Positions 50,141 through 61,025 of a DNA stretch of 64,000 nt are shown here, piece after piece. Within the stretch, counting starts at the first letter, position 1; every line of letters begins with the position of its first letter. The position numbers were made by a program, and so were the translations under genes. The stretch is from contig CM082577.2 in assembly GCA_040954595.2 (NCBI GenBank), positions 19,194,303 through 19,258,302 on the forward strand. Direction: 5' to 3'. Under the pieces are notes generated by a model. It did no database searches and was not told the origin of the DNA. It saw nothing but the letters and a program-made list of their open reading frames with translations. The stretch is from Balanoglossus misakiensis (lineage: Eukaryota; Animalia; Hemichordata).

Positions 50141-50262
50141 TTACCCAATCAGCATGAATGTGAAGTTAACGTGATATAGTCTGGCCAATCACAGTTCCAG
50201 CCTACTTCCTGATAGGCTCAAGCAGCGGTAACTTTGCAAGATTTTCCATGACATTCCCCCCC
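50141..50262 (-). mobile_element. Polypurine tract and truncated 3' LTR of the minus-strand Gypsy
   Basis: Minus strand GGGGGGGAA (50262-50254) is directly followed by TGTCATGG (50253 downward), downstream of the integrase stop; cut by the array junction. Confidence 0.7.
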
Positions 50263-50524
50263 ACTAGACTTGGTTACTCTCCGAGACCCAGTCATAGCAA
50301 TCTAAACTACAATAACAAATGGAACACAGAAATCAATAATTCAAATACTAAGTCAAAAGAGCACATCACTGTTTCTGTTTTAAAGTCTTTGACTCTTAGT
50401 GTTCGAAGGTGCAGTTCAATCTACCTTCCGTCTCAGTAAAATAAGTGTCCTTGTCAAATGGCACACGTATCCTGGAACCCATTTTGTTTTCTTCATCGTC
50501 AACAGGTGCTTGAAGTTTTCGTCC

Positions 50525-51264
50525 TCAACAGGCGCCTGTGAATCCGTAGAAAAGCGTTGGCTTCCGGCTTCTTTTAGGGTATCTCTTAGGTGTATCTTCG
50601 TCTCTGATCATTTCCGGTTCAACCCCCGGTGGATCATCAGTGGTTACATCCAGGGTTTCTCCGCCTACTGCTTCATCTGCATCAGTGTCAAAGTAGTGTT
50701 CTTGGGTTTCCGGTGGGGAATCCTCTTGACCGCTGGCATACGTCTTTCCATCAGCTGGCAATTTGTCAATAGGTTCTTCTGATTTTGGTCCACTTGGGGT
50801 CCTGGTGTCTGCTTTCTGGGTCTCTTCAAAGGGATCTTCAGGTCTGTTTTCTTGCACCCTCTCATCTAAGGGGGCGAGCTTCACTTTGTCTAGCCAGCCA
50901 GGTAGGTCAGGACCTGTGTATCCCTTCAGCTTCTCAAAGTGAACCACTTTAAACTTTGTCCAGGGCCCACGCTGGATCCGGTATACGACGTCAGTCAGTC
51001 TGTTCACCACCATATACGGTCCCTCATATGCCATCTGTAGTTTCGGGCTTTCACCCTTCTTCCTCCTTTCGTCTCTTAGCCAAACAAATTCACCAGGCTG
51101 GAAAGACTTATGAAGGGCATTACGATCGTAATATCTCTTATAGGTCCTAGTACTTGCTTTCAACTGCTCTCTTGCCCGGTAATGGGCATTTCACAACTTA
51201 TCGCGCAGTTTAGCCACATAGTCACCCCCAGATTCCTCCTCAAATTCAATCTCAAATATCAGAT
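50525..51264 (-). pseudogene. Gypsy integrase C-terminal region
   Basis: KRYYDR...FQPGEFVWL...PKLQMAYEGPYMVVNRLTDVVYRIQ...VVHFEKLKGY (GPY/F module); internal TGA near 51200. Confidence 0.9.
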
Positions 51265-52701
51265 CAGGGCTCGAAATTCGTTTTTTTTCTTGGTAGCCTC
51301 AGTGGGCTACCATTTTCTAAAGTTGGTAGCCCAAGAGCAATAGCTGGTAGTCCACATAATACAATGATAAATCAATGTACATTGTATACTGCTACATGTA
51401 CGGTAGCAGGTCTATATCTGTTTGAGAACGTTGGTAAATTTTTAATATACATACTGCTATGGTGAACAATTATATTGTTGATTGACACGTGTCAAAATGC
51501 ACACGAGTCCGCGGCCGGTTGAACCCAGTGTTTTCTCCAGGATGTTGAGAGAAGGGGGAATGTCCCCCCTTAGTCCAAAATTAAGGGGGATTTGGTCGAA
51601 GTAAATGTCACGATTGACAATTTTGAACGTTAACTTACTAACTGCCTTCATTCCATATTAAAAACAGTATTAGTAAATTACAACATTTTACATGTGAACT
51701 TGACAACAAATTAACAGTTACAGTTTTTTCTTCTTTAAATTAGTAGGTTTTGCAGAGGAAGACACCAACTTGCATAACTTTCAGGGCATGTAATTTAAAA
51801 AAGCCTGGAGAGCTGAAAATAACTCTCCTGAAATTAATTACACAAGTGGTAGGAGAGTGACTAACTGCTCCCCTGGCAAGGAGAGTGAAATGAATAAAAT
51901 AAATGCAACTGCAAAAACAATAGTGTCTTTCTTTAATACTATACCCGGTAAAAAAATTCTTGTTTGATTTTAAAAGTTTCAGTTTTTTTAGCTGCCAAAA
52001 TAATAGATTTTGAAACCATTATTATAGTGAAATAAATTGAAGTAGTATATATTCCTTCAGATTTCTGCCAACACTTCCCATCTGTGGCTAAGCACACTAC
52101 TCAAATGGACAGTCTCTGTACATATTGAATGACTTTCCTTCCAAACAAGGTCATGGAAAACTGAGATGAACGCAGTTCTTTTAATTTGCATAAAATTGTT
52201 ACGTTCAGCCATCACTTGAGTGCAGAGTGTGTGCTCTAAATTTAGATGGTGTCCAGATAGGCTGTTCCAACAATTGCACACTATAGCCCTGGAGCTAAAT
52301 TACACGTGAATGAATGTGAAAGTCATCTACAACATAGTTTTGGGGGGTGGGAAGTTAAAATGTATAGGCCAGCACGCAGTAATATCGGCCGTTTTCCCAG
52401 TGTTTTGACTGACGGTGCATGCTACGGAGGCTTGACGCACATGTACTGGCCGGGTGGGCTGCTCACGAAGGGGCGATGGTCGCCCCTTGAACTTGTTACA
52501 AGGGGCGATTCAAGTGTAAAAGAGGGGGAATCGCGCGTCCTGGAGAAAACACTGCTGGTTGTATCATTATAAACTGTAACAAGTCCAAGATACGTCGCAC
52601 GCGTGGTAGCCCAATTGGGCTACCACTGGTGTCAAATTGGTAGCCCGATCGCAAACATTGGTAGTCTGTGGACGCGGGGCTACCGCGAATTTCGAGCCCT
52701 G
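51265..52701. mobile_element. hAT5-like non-autonomous DNA transposon, copy 1
   Basis: TIR CAGGGCTCGAAATTCG...CGAATTTCGAGCCCTG; 5-bp TSD CAGAT. Removal restores integrase frame VTLPIDL|IFEI. Confidence 0.88.
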
Positions 52702-54846
52702 CAGATCGATGGGCAGTGTCACCTAACTACCCAGCATCATCATATTCGGAGTTTCACCTGTGGCTGGGTGTACCGAAGAGCGGTCGCCATCGTAGCGCAA
52801 GACAGATGTTGGTCCCAGTCTTTTTGGTATTTCAGGGGGTCCATATAAGACTTTATCGTAGACACAAGACAATGGTTGAATTTTTCAACCATCCCGTCTC
52901 CCTGTGGGCGTCAAAGCGTGGTGTATGTTTTGTCCATCCCTAGCAATTTGCAGACCTCCACGAATACTGACGAGATGAAATTTCGGCCTCTATCTGAATG
53001 TACCTCGTGAGGCATACCAAACCTACTGAAAAATTCGTCGACCAGTACCTTTGCCACTGTGGTTGCCTCCTCATTTGGAATAGGGAATGCCTCCATCCAT
53101 TTGCTAAAATAGTCTCCGACAACCAATACCTTCCGGTTGCCATTGTAACTCTCCACAAATGGTCCCAGAACATCAATGGCCACCCTCTCCATGGGACACC
53201 CCACCACATACAATTGTAAGGGAGCCTTGTGCCTTTTACCAGGCACCCGCTTGCGTGAACACACCTCACATGAACGCACCCACGATCTGACATTTACGGA
53301 CATGCCATGCCAGTAATACCTCTGCCTCACCTTGTCAAGTGTTTTTGTCATCCCTAAGTGACCACCTGCGTTTGCATCATGCAACCCTCCAATCTGAATC
53401 ACCACATTATGACACACTTTAGGCAGAATTAATTGCCATTTCACTTAAGTCCCATCAGTCGACTCCCATCTCCTGTACAGCACACCCCTGTAGACTATCA
53501 ATTGTTCATACATAGCCCAGTATGCCTTCGTGGCTGCCGAACACGGAGAGATCTCATTCCAGTCTGGTCGACTTTCCCTCCCCTCCCTAGCCTTCAAGAC
53601 AACTGAAATATCAGGATCACTAAGTTGACAATCTCTAAGCTTTTCACTGGACCAAACGACTTCCCTGGCAACAACCTCTGCCTTTGTTGCCAAGGCATTC
53701 TCCCCAATGCCCTCCGCGGTTGGCCAGTCTTGCTTATCACAGCTGCCAGGATCAAAATTTTCCCAATCACCTGGACAGCTGTCCTTGTTGTCATAGCCGT
53801 ATCAAACAATCTGCAACCCTCTACTTTGACATTTTTGTCCTGAGAACTGTCATCTAGTCTATCGGTCCCTCCACACTCTGGCAGTTCACGGTACAACTGT
53901 TCGGACCGTACAACACTATTTTGTCTCATCGATGGAGATTTGCATTCAAACTCTGGTGCAAGTGGATTCAACGCACCTGTACCATTAGTGGTGGTTGGTT
54001 CGTGTGCCATACCACACTGTTTGCACTCCAGACTGGTTTCCGAGATAGCGCATCAGCATTTCCATGGCGTACACCGGGACGATGGATACAGGTATAGTCA
54101 AAGCGACCGAGCGTCTCTAACCACCTAGCCAACTGCCCCTCTGGGTTCTTGAAATTAAGCAACCACACTAATGCAGCATGGTCAGTCCTCAGTGTGAATT
54201 TCTGGCCCAGTAAGTAGTGTTTGAAGTATTTTGTATACTCGATTACAGCCAACAGTTCACGACGCGTTACACAGTACTTCCTTTCAGCACCCGATAGCAC
54301 TCGGCCCGCATAACTAACAGGTCTCTCTTGGCCACCCTGTACTTGGCTCAACACTGCCCCTATGCCAATACCGCTAGCATCTGTATCCAGTATGAACACA
54401 CCCTTTTCCATCGGAAAAGCCAAAACTGGTGCTGATGTTAGTCTTGTCTTGAGCTGATCAAATGCGTTTTGACAATTCTCTGTCCAAGCAAATACAGAAT
54501 CTTTCTTTGTTAAGTCATGAAGAGGACGGGCCAATTCAGCAAACCCCTGTACAAAGCGTCTGTAGTATGACGCCAGCCCCAAGAAGCTTCTTACTTCTGT
54601 GACTGTCTCAGGAATCAGCCAGTCTCTAATAGCCTTGACCTTTCCTGGATCAGTAGCAACCCCTTCCCGAGAAACACGATGCCCCAAAAACTCAACACTG
54701 CGTGCAAAAAGCACACACTTACTCGACTTTAATTTGAGATTTGAAGTACGAAGACGTTCAAATACCTTGCACAACCTTTCCAACTCTTCATCAAATGATC
54801 TGCCAAATATTATGTCATCTAGATACAAAAGCAGTATTTCCCACTG
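52702..54846 (-). pseudogene. Gypsy pol: RT C-terminus, RNase H, integrase zinc-binding and core (frameshifted, with stops)
   Basis: YLDDII, FLGHRVS, LDTDASGIGIGAVLSQ, HGNADALSR, GHLGMTKT...CEVC, VAIDVLGP, HSDRGRNF. Confidence 0.93.
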
Positions 54847-57422
54847 CAGGGCTCGAAATTCGTTTTTTTTCTTGGTAGCCTCAGTGGGCTACCATTTTCT
54901 AAAGTTGGTAGCCCAAGAGCAATAGCTGGTAGTCCACATAATACAATGATAAATCAATGTACATTGTATACTGCTACATGTACGGTAGTAGGTCTATATC
55001 TGTTTGAGAACGTTGGTAAATTTTTAATATATATATACATACTGCTATGCTGAACAATTATATTGTTGATTGACACGTGTCAAAATGCACACGAGTCCGC
55101 GGCCGGTTGAACCCAGTGTTTTCTCCAGGATGTTAAAGTGGAACGTTGTGATCCGTTTTTGAGCCAATTCTGCGAAATGCGATTAAAAAGTACTATGAAA
55201 AACGTTGGTTTCATTCACTTTCACTTACGCACAACAGAGCTACAGCCAGCCAAAAACTGCGCGAACCCGGAAGTGAGTGACGTCAGCAACTCGTTGGAGC
55301 GAGCTTATGCTTATACACGCCTGCACTCACGCGACCGACGACGTTAGCATGGCAACATATTCTCGGGTAGTAGGCTACAATTTTGAACCAGAGATTCCCT
55401 TCTACGACCAAGCGACTGAATTTTACAGAGGACAAAAGTTCATGCAGTTCTGATCTCCGATGTGTCCCGTTTGTCAAGGCTTACACTTGGTGTGGTTTCA
55501 GTGAAACCATAGACCCTAGAATCTATGGTGAAACAGACAATGCTGCAATTAAACAATACCCTCCCTCGTTGTCTCTCCCTCGTTGTCACCTTTTCGAACC
55601 ACTTTTCTTACAAAAATACTTAGTCACCTTTTATGGAGTTGAAAAGAACGCAGGTGCATCGTCATGCTCTCCAGGTGTAGTACGTCCGTAGTATAATGGA
55701 AGCCAATACTATAGTTATTGTATGCATGTTTCGTCTCTTGAAATGTATTAAAACTGCCCTTTTTAGTTGCTTTCATTTGATAACTATGCGATCGTCAATA
55801 AATGGAAATTAAACCCAAATACGTGTACCAAAAAACGTGCAGGAAGGATTTAAAACGGTACGTTTATTATTATCAGCGGCAGTTAGAACAACTTTGTATA
55901 GGCCTTACGGTTTGTTCATAAACGTCGACATGCATGGCATCATGGACATTGCAGGGTCTATGTCTGCACGCATCGACAAATACAATACACGAAGAGCATT
56001 GCGTTTGAAAGAAACTTATCCCCGTCGATTTTCCGAATATGTTTTTAAAATCATGAACTTGACATTTCGCCATGTCAGATCCGCGCAAAATGTGTCTGTT
56101 TATTGGAAATGACACGTCGAACGTGTAAGTTGCTGACGTCACTGTAGTATTTTCAACGCGCGTCTTCTGCTTGCGCAGGAAGTGAAAGTGAATTAACCCA
56201 TCGGAACGTTGCCGTTTTTGACACCCGGTTTGGACTTTGAAGCCCAAAATTGAGGGTGTCGTTCCACTTTAAGAGAAGGGGGAATGTCCCCGAAGGGGGA
56301 ATGTCCCCCCTTAGTCCAAAATTAAGGGGGATTTGGTCGAGGTAAATGTCACGAATGACAATTTTGAACGTTAACTTACTAACTGCCTTCATTCCATATT
56401 AAAAACAGTATCAGTAAATTACAACATTTTACATGTGAACTTGACAACAAATTAACAGTTACAGTTTTTTCTTCTTTAAATTAGTAGGTTTTGCAGAGGA
56501 AGACACCAACTTGCATAACTTTCAGGGCATGTAATTTAAAAAAGCCTGGAGAGCTGAAAATAACTCTCCTGAAATTAATTACACAAGTGGTAGGAGAGTG
56601 ACTAACTGCTCCCCTGGCAAGGAGAGTGAAATGAATAAAATAAATGCAACTGCAAAAAACAATAGTGTCTTTCTTTAATACTATACCTGGTAAAAAAATT
56701 CTTGTTTGATTTTAAAAGTTTGTTTTTTTAGCTGCCAAAATAATAGATTGTGAAACCATTATTATAGTGAAATAAATTGAAGTAGTATATATTCCTTCAG
56801 ATTTCTGCCAACACTTCCCATCTGTGGCTAAGCACACTACTCAAATAAACAGTCTCTGTACATATTGAATGACTTTCCTTCCTAAGTAAGAAAACAAGGT
56901 CATGGAAAACTGAGATGAACACAGTTCTTTTAATTTGCATAAAATTGTTACGTTCAGCCATCACTTGAGTGCAGAGTGTGTGCTCTAAATTTAGACGGTG
57001 TCCAGATAAGCTGTTCCAACAATTGCACACTATAGCCCTGGAGCTAAATTACACGTGAATGAATGTGAAAGTCATCTACAACATAGTTTTGGGGGGTGGG
57101 AAGTTAAAATGTATAGGCCAGCACGCAGTAATATCGGCCGTTTTCCCAGTGTTTTGACTGACGGTGCATGCTACGGAGGCTTGGACGCGCATGTACTGGC
57201 CGGGTGGGCTGCTCACGAAGGGGCGATGATTCAAGTGTAAAAGAGGGGGAATCGCGCGTCCTGGAGAAAACACTGCTGGTTGTATCATTATAAACTGTAA
57301 CAAGTCCAAGATACGTCGCACGCATGGTAGCCCAATTGGGCTACCACTGGTGTCAAATTGGTAGCCCGATCGCAAACATTGGTAGTCTGTGGACGCGAGG
57401 CTACCGCGAATTTCGAGCCCTG
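54847..57422. mobile_element. hAT5-like non-autonomous DNA transposon, copy 2 (with nested insertion)
   Basis: Same TIR as copy 1; 5-bp TSD CACTG. Removal restores RT frame TGMQ|WEILLLYLDD. Confidence 0.88.
55137..56268. mobile_element. Kolobok-like element nested in hAT5-like copy 2
   Basis: TTAA TSD; TIR AGTGGAACG...CGTTCCACT; absent from copy 1. Confidence 0.85.
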
Positions 57423-58175
57423 CACTGCATACCGGTAAAGACGCGCTCCATCAGACGTTCAAATGTACTAGGGGCATTACACAACCCAAACGGGAGCACC
57501 CTCCACTGATAGAGTCCACTGCGTGTTACAAATGCGGTCTTTTCTTTAGATCCCTCGTCCAGTTCTACCTGCCAATACCCTGCTTGGAGGTCTAGCATAG
57601 AAAACCATTCCGACCCGTACAACGCATCTAAAGAATCGTTTATTCGTGGTATAGGGTAGGCATCTTTAATTGACACAGCGTTCAATTTTCTATAATCAAC
57701 GCACAATCTTTGTGACCCATCTTTCTTACTAACAAGTACACACGGGGCTGCCCATGGACTAGTTGATTCTTCTATCAAACCCCGCTGTAACAAGTCAGAA
57801 ACCTGTCGTTCCATTTCTTCCCGTTTCCATACCGTAGTTCGATATGCGGGTTGCCTTACTGGCGTGGCATTATTGGTTTCAATTTTATGTCGAATGATCC
57901 CAGTTTTACCAATATCATGATCTCCCTGACTAAACACATCATGGTACAGTGTCAACATCTTTGAAACCCTTTCTTGTTGGTAAACTGATAAATTTTTGCA
58001 ACTTCTTGTGTATAAATCCACTACATGACCTGGAAGAGGAACATTGCTCCCAGGGCAGGCTTTTGCCTCTTCAGTGCCAGAGGGCGCTCTATCACTGTCA
58101 TTACCCCAAGATTCAACTGCACACTGATCGGCTCGGAGTAACTCACAACAGTACCAGCCCTCACATGTACAGTGT
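57423..58175 (-). pseudogene. Gypsy pol: RT N-terminal half
   Basis: SPWAAPCVLVSKKDGSQRLCVDYRKLN, DAYPIPRI, LDLQAGYWQ, LPFGLCNAPSTFERLM. Confidence 0.93.
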
Positions 58176-58372
58176 TGTGAATCTACATCCGTGATGACGT
58201 CACTGACCCCACTCACCCCTTGGGCGGATATAGTTCGACCCTTCTTCTACGAGACCAGCTTTCAGCCACACGCTTTTATCTGAGCTCCGAGAGATTCTAC
58301 AAGTTATTCAGTCTACCTACTACGCAGTATCCTTTTACCTTTATCTAAGGTGAGCATATCGGCTTTCGCACA
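58176..58372 (+). mobile_element. Putative 5' LTR of the plus-strand Gypsy
   Basis: TGTG...CACA termini; right end fixed by the adjacent PBS; left end inferred from where minus-strand pol similarity stops. Confidence 0.5.
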
Positions 58373-58373
58373 T

Positions 58374-58386
58374 TGGCGCTGCGAGC
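58374..58386 (+). promoter_or_regulatory. Primer binding site, tRNA-Ser-like
   Basis: CA-t-TGGCGCTGCGAGC resembles the complement of tRNA-Ser 3' ends (TGGCGCAGCGAGC / TGGCGCTGTGAGC). Confidence 0.65.
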
Positions 58387-58936
58387 CTGTGTACTTACTT
58401 TGTGCGGGGAAACGGGTTTTTGTGAATAGCGGGGGAGAGTGGTGTTTTTGTGGCCGGAGTCCAGCGATAGCGTCCGGGTGAGACGTGGGGTTTTTTCTGG
58501 GGTAAGAAAAAACGAGAAATCGGGGATAGCCGGGGCAGGAAAACACTGGGCAAACTCTCAGGGACCGCGGGGATTTTTTGAGGAAAGTTAGAGTCGGTGC
58601 TGGGTAGATAACGGGGTTTGGGAAGCGTTTGTATTGAAATTTCTGTGTTTTTTCCCAAAACAGCGTGGGCGGAAATTTGGCCGCCATCTTGGCATAGGGT
58701 CCCATTCTATTGTTAGAGGGGTCCTCATTACCAAAAACGTGTTTGGGGTGCGGCGTTCGGCGCATGCGCAGAAGTTTTCTTTAGTATAGCATTCAAGTTT
58801 CTTTTGTGTGGGAGTGAGTTTTTGTGTGTGGTGATTATTTCTGTTAATAAAAGAGGTTCACTCGTGTAAATCCTACGTGTTGTCGAGTGTGTAGTTAATT
58901 ATTAGTTTGTTTAAGGGGCCAATAGACCACGTCAAA

Positions 58937-60979
58937 ATGGCCTGCAAGGGTCCAGTCTATATTAATACGTGTGACTTTATGACCCTTAAGACCTTGCCTG
59001 GGGTGGGAAAGAAAGTGGCAAAGGCAATTATGAGAGCCAGAAGTAGGTATGGGAGGGTCTCAAAGGAAATCCTAGGGGAAATCCCCCGTTTCAGGCCCAC
59101 ACTTGACTTTCACGAATTGGTGTCCTATGACATCAGGGAAGCTGAGTTTCCTCCAGCCCTGACCCACTCAAATACCTACAGCAGCAGTAGTGATGAGGAC
59201 CAGCAGACACCGTCCCGCAGAAATGCACGCAAAGCAGGGAAATTTCAGGGGCCACCGGAAATCCCACTTTCAGAGCTGGCTAGCAAAATAGATCAGTTAT
59301 CACTGGAGTATGGAAGGGGGAATAGTACAAGGCCCAGGACAACCCCATTTACCGAGGGAAGGGAGAAAATTGGCCAACGTCAGGAATTGGATAGTGGGGG
59401 TTACCCTCCCACAGCAAGCGAGTACCCCAAGGGATCAAGTAGAGCCAGTTATGGGGAGGGGGGTCCTGGAACCCAACCCAGAAGTGCTTTGCAGCGTAGG
59501 GTCCGTTTTTCACTTAATGGCCATGAAGGGTCAGGCCCAGATGAAGGGGAAGGGGGAGAACATGAGCCAATAATTCCCAAGGGTCAAACACCAAATTATG
59601 GGGCACCCCGAGACAGGGATAATTTTCACACAACAGAGCAAAGCCGTTACCCAGGGAATCAGGTTGGGGTGTCTCCGCCGTATCCAACAGACCCCTTCCC
59701 AAGGTATTTTACCCCACCACCACCATACCCGATGGGGTCCACACCGCTCCCAGCCAGCCCTTACGAACGCGGGGATTGGCGATTTCCCACCGAAAACCGT
59801 GGTGGCGCCCCTCAAGTACCGGGGACCCCCTATCCCACGTACAATGGCCCACCCCCTCAAGTGGGAAGCAGTCCTAGCCCATACGCCCCATCCAATGTCA
59901 CCTGGACTCCGACGTATGGGAATGTGCAGCCAAGCCACCCTTATGGTGAAACGTCCTTCACGGGCATGAGGCAAGGTGGGGGTAGGGAAGGGCCCGCCTT
60001 CAGCTCTAGGATGTTTAATACGCCCAAAACGTTAGTTTACACTGGGGAGAGAAAGTGGAGCGTGTTTTTCGATAAATTCACCAGCTACGCGGATGCCCAG
60101 GGTTGGACAGAGAGCGAACGCAAATGTTGCTTGTGTTTTTGCTTAGATGGCGACGCCAGCGAATTTCACTCAACATTACTCAGGCGCGAGCGGAATATCA
60201 GCTACCAGCGGCTGATTAGTAAGCTTGAAAAGCGTTTCGGGCGCCAAGAATTACAAGAAACCGCGCAGATGAGATTTCAGCAGTCACATCAGAAGGAAGG
60301 GGAGTCACTCGAAAAGTGGGCAGATCGACTACTGTCCCTCGCGGCAAACGCTTTCCCTGAACTGACGGAGCGCGCTATGGACCGTCAGGCGATAATGAAG
60401 TTTTGTCAGGGATGCGCAGATCGCGAGGCAGGGCTTTCAGTTGCTAACCAACGCGTATCCTCCATGGAAGAAGCCATAGACCGAATACGTTGGTTTCAAT
60501 ACAACAATCGCGAAATCTTCGGCCGCCGAATCTCGCGACGCGAAGTAAAGCGAGTAACATCTGAGACAGATAGCGACGGCGAATTTGTACGCGTGCGATC
60601 AGCCGCTCAGGAGCGACCCCCCAGAGATCGGGCTTTATCACCCACCGACGGCGGAACGGGCTCACGGGAGAGGTTTCGAACCCCACGTAGCCCGAGCCAG
60701 AGTCCCAGTCGCAGGATAAATACCCTTAACGAACGAATGACTGAAATGGCCAAGACTTTAGAGAGTTTGAGAAAGACAGTGGTTGCCCTATCCTCACGCG
60801 AGGCAGGCCGGTCTCGGTCACCCTCCCCTAGGGGACGGGAATGCTTTAACTGTGGGGAACCTGGACACTTCCGTAGGGAATGCCCCAAGGGAAGGGAAAG
60901 AGTAACCTCAGATTCCAGGGAGAAGCGGGTAACATTCGCTGAGCATTTAAACGGGAAAGGGTCAGACCAGAGGGCCTAA
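58937..60979 (+). CDS. gag: Gypsy Gag with N-terminal helix-hairpin-helix, capsid-like region and CCHC zinc knuckle
   Basis: Open frame from aaaATGG at 58937; CFNCGEPGHFRREC at 60842-60883; YTGERKWSVFFDKF...QKEGESLEKWADRL capsid-like motifs; lies upstream of the protease. Confidence 0.88.
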   Translation: MACKGPVYINTCDFMTLKTLPGVGKKVAKAIMRARSRYGRVSKEILGEIPRFRPTLDFHELVSYDIREAEFPPALTHSNTYSSSSDEDQQTPSRRNARKAGKFQGPPEIPLSELASKIDQLSLEYGRGNSTRPRTTPFTEGREKIGQRQELDSGGYPPTASEYPKGSSRASYGEGGPGTQPRSALQRRVRFSLNGHEGSGPDEGEGGEHEPIIPKGQTPNYGAPRDRDNFHTTEQSRYPGNQVGVSPPYPTDPFPRYFTPPPPYPMGSTPLPASPYERGDWRFPTENRGGAPQVPGTPYPTYNGPPPQVGSSPSPYAPSNVTWTPTYGNVQPSHPYGETSFTGMRQGGGREGPAFSSRMFNTPKTLVYTGERKWSVFFDKFTSYADAQGWTESERKCCLCFCLDGDASEFHSTLLRRERNISYQRLISKLEKRFGRQELQETAQMRFQQSHQKEGESLEKWADRLLSLAANAFPELTERAMDRQAIMKFCQGCADREAGLSVANQRVSSMEEAIDRIRWFQYNNREIFGRRISRREVKRVTSETDSDGEFVRVRSAAQERPPRDRALSPTDGGTGSRERFRTPRSPSQSPSRRINTLNERMTEMAKTLESLRKTVVALSSREAGRSRSPSPRGRECFNCGEPGHFRRECPKGRERVTSDSREKRVTFAEHLNGKGSDQRA

Positions 60980-61007
60980 GTTTGACCCAAGAGCCACAAA
61001 AGGGCCC
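60946..61007 (+). promoter_or_regulatory. -1 programmed ribosomal frameshift signal (slippery heptamer + pseudoknot)
   Basis: T TTA AAC in gag frame; 6-nt spacer; stem GGGTCAGAC/GTTTGACCC; loop GGGCC can pair with downstream GGCCC. Confidence 0.75.
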
Positions 61008-61025
61008 AATACTCAAGGGGGGTCA

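Noticed and set aside
57401-58216. ORF as an intact standalone reverse transcriptase
   Set aside because: It is half of a Gypsy RT split by the hAT5-like insertion, and its ends run into neighbouring elements.
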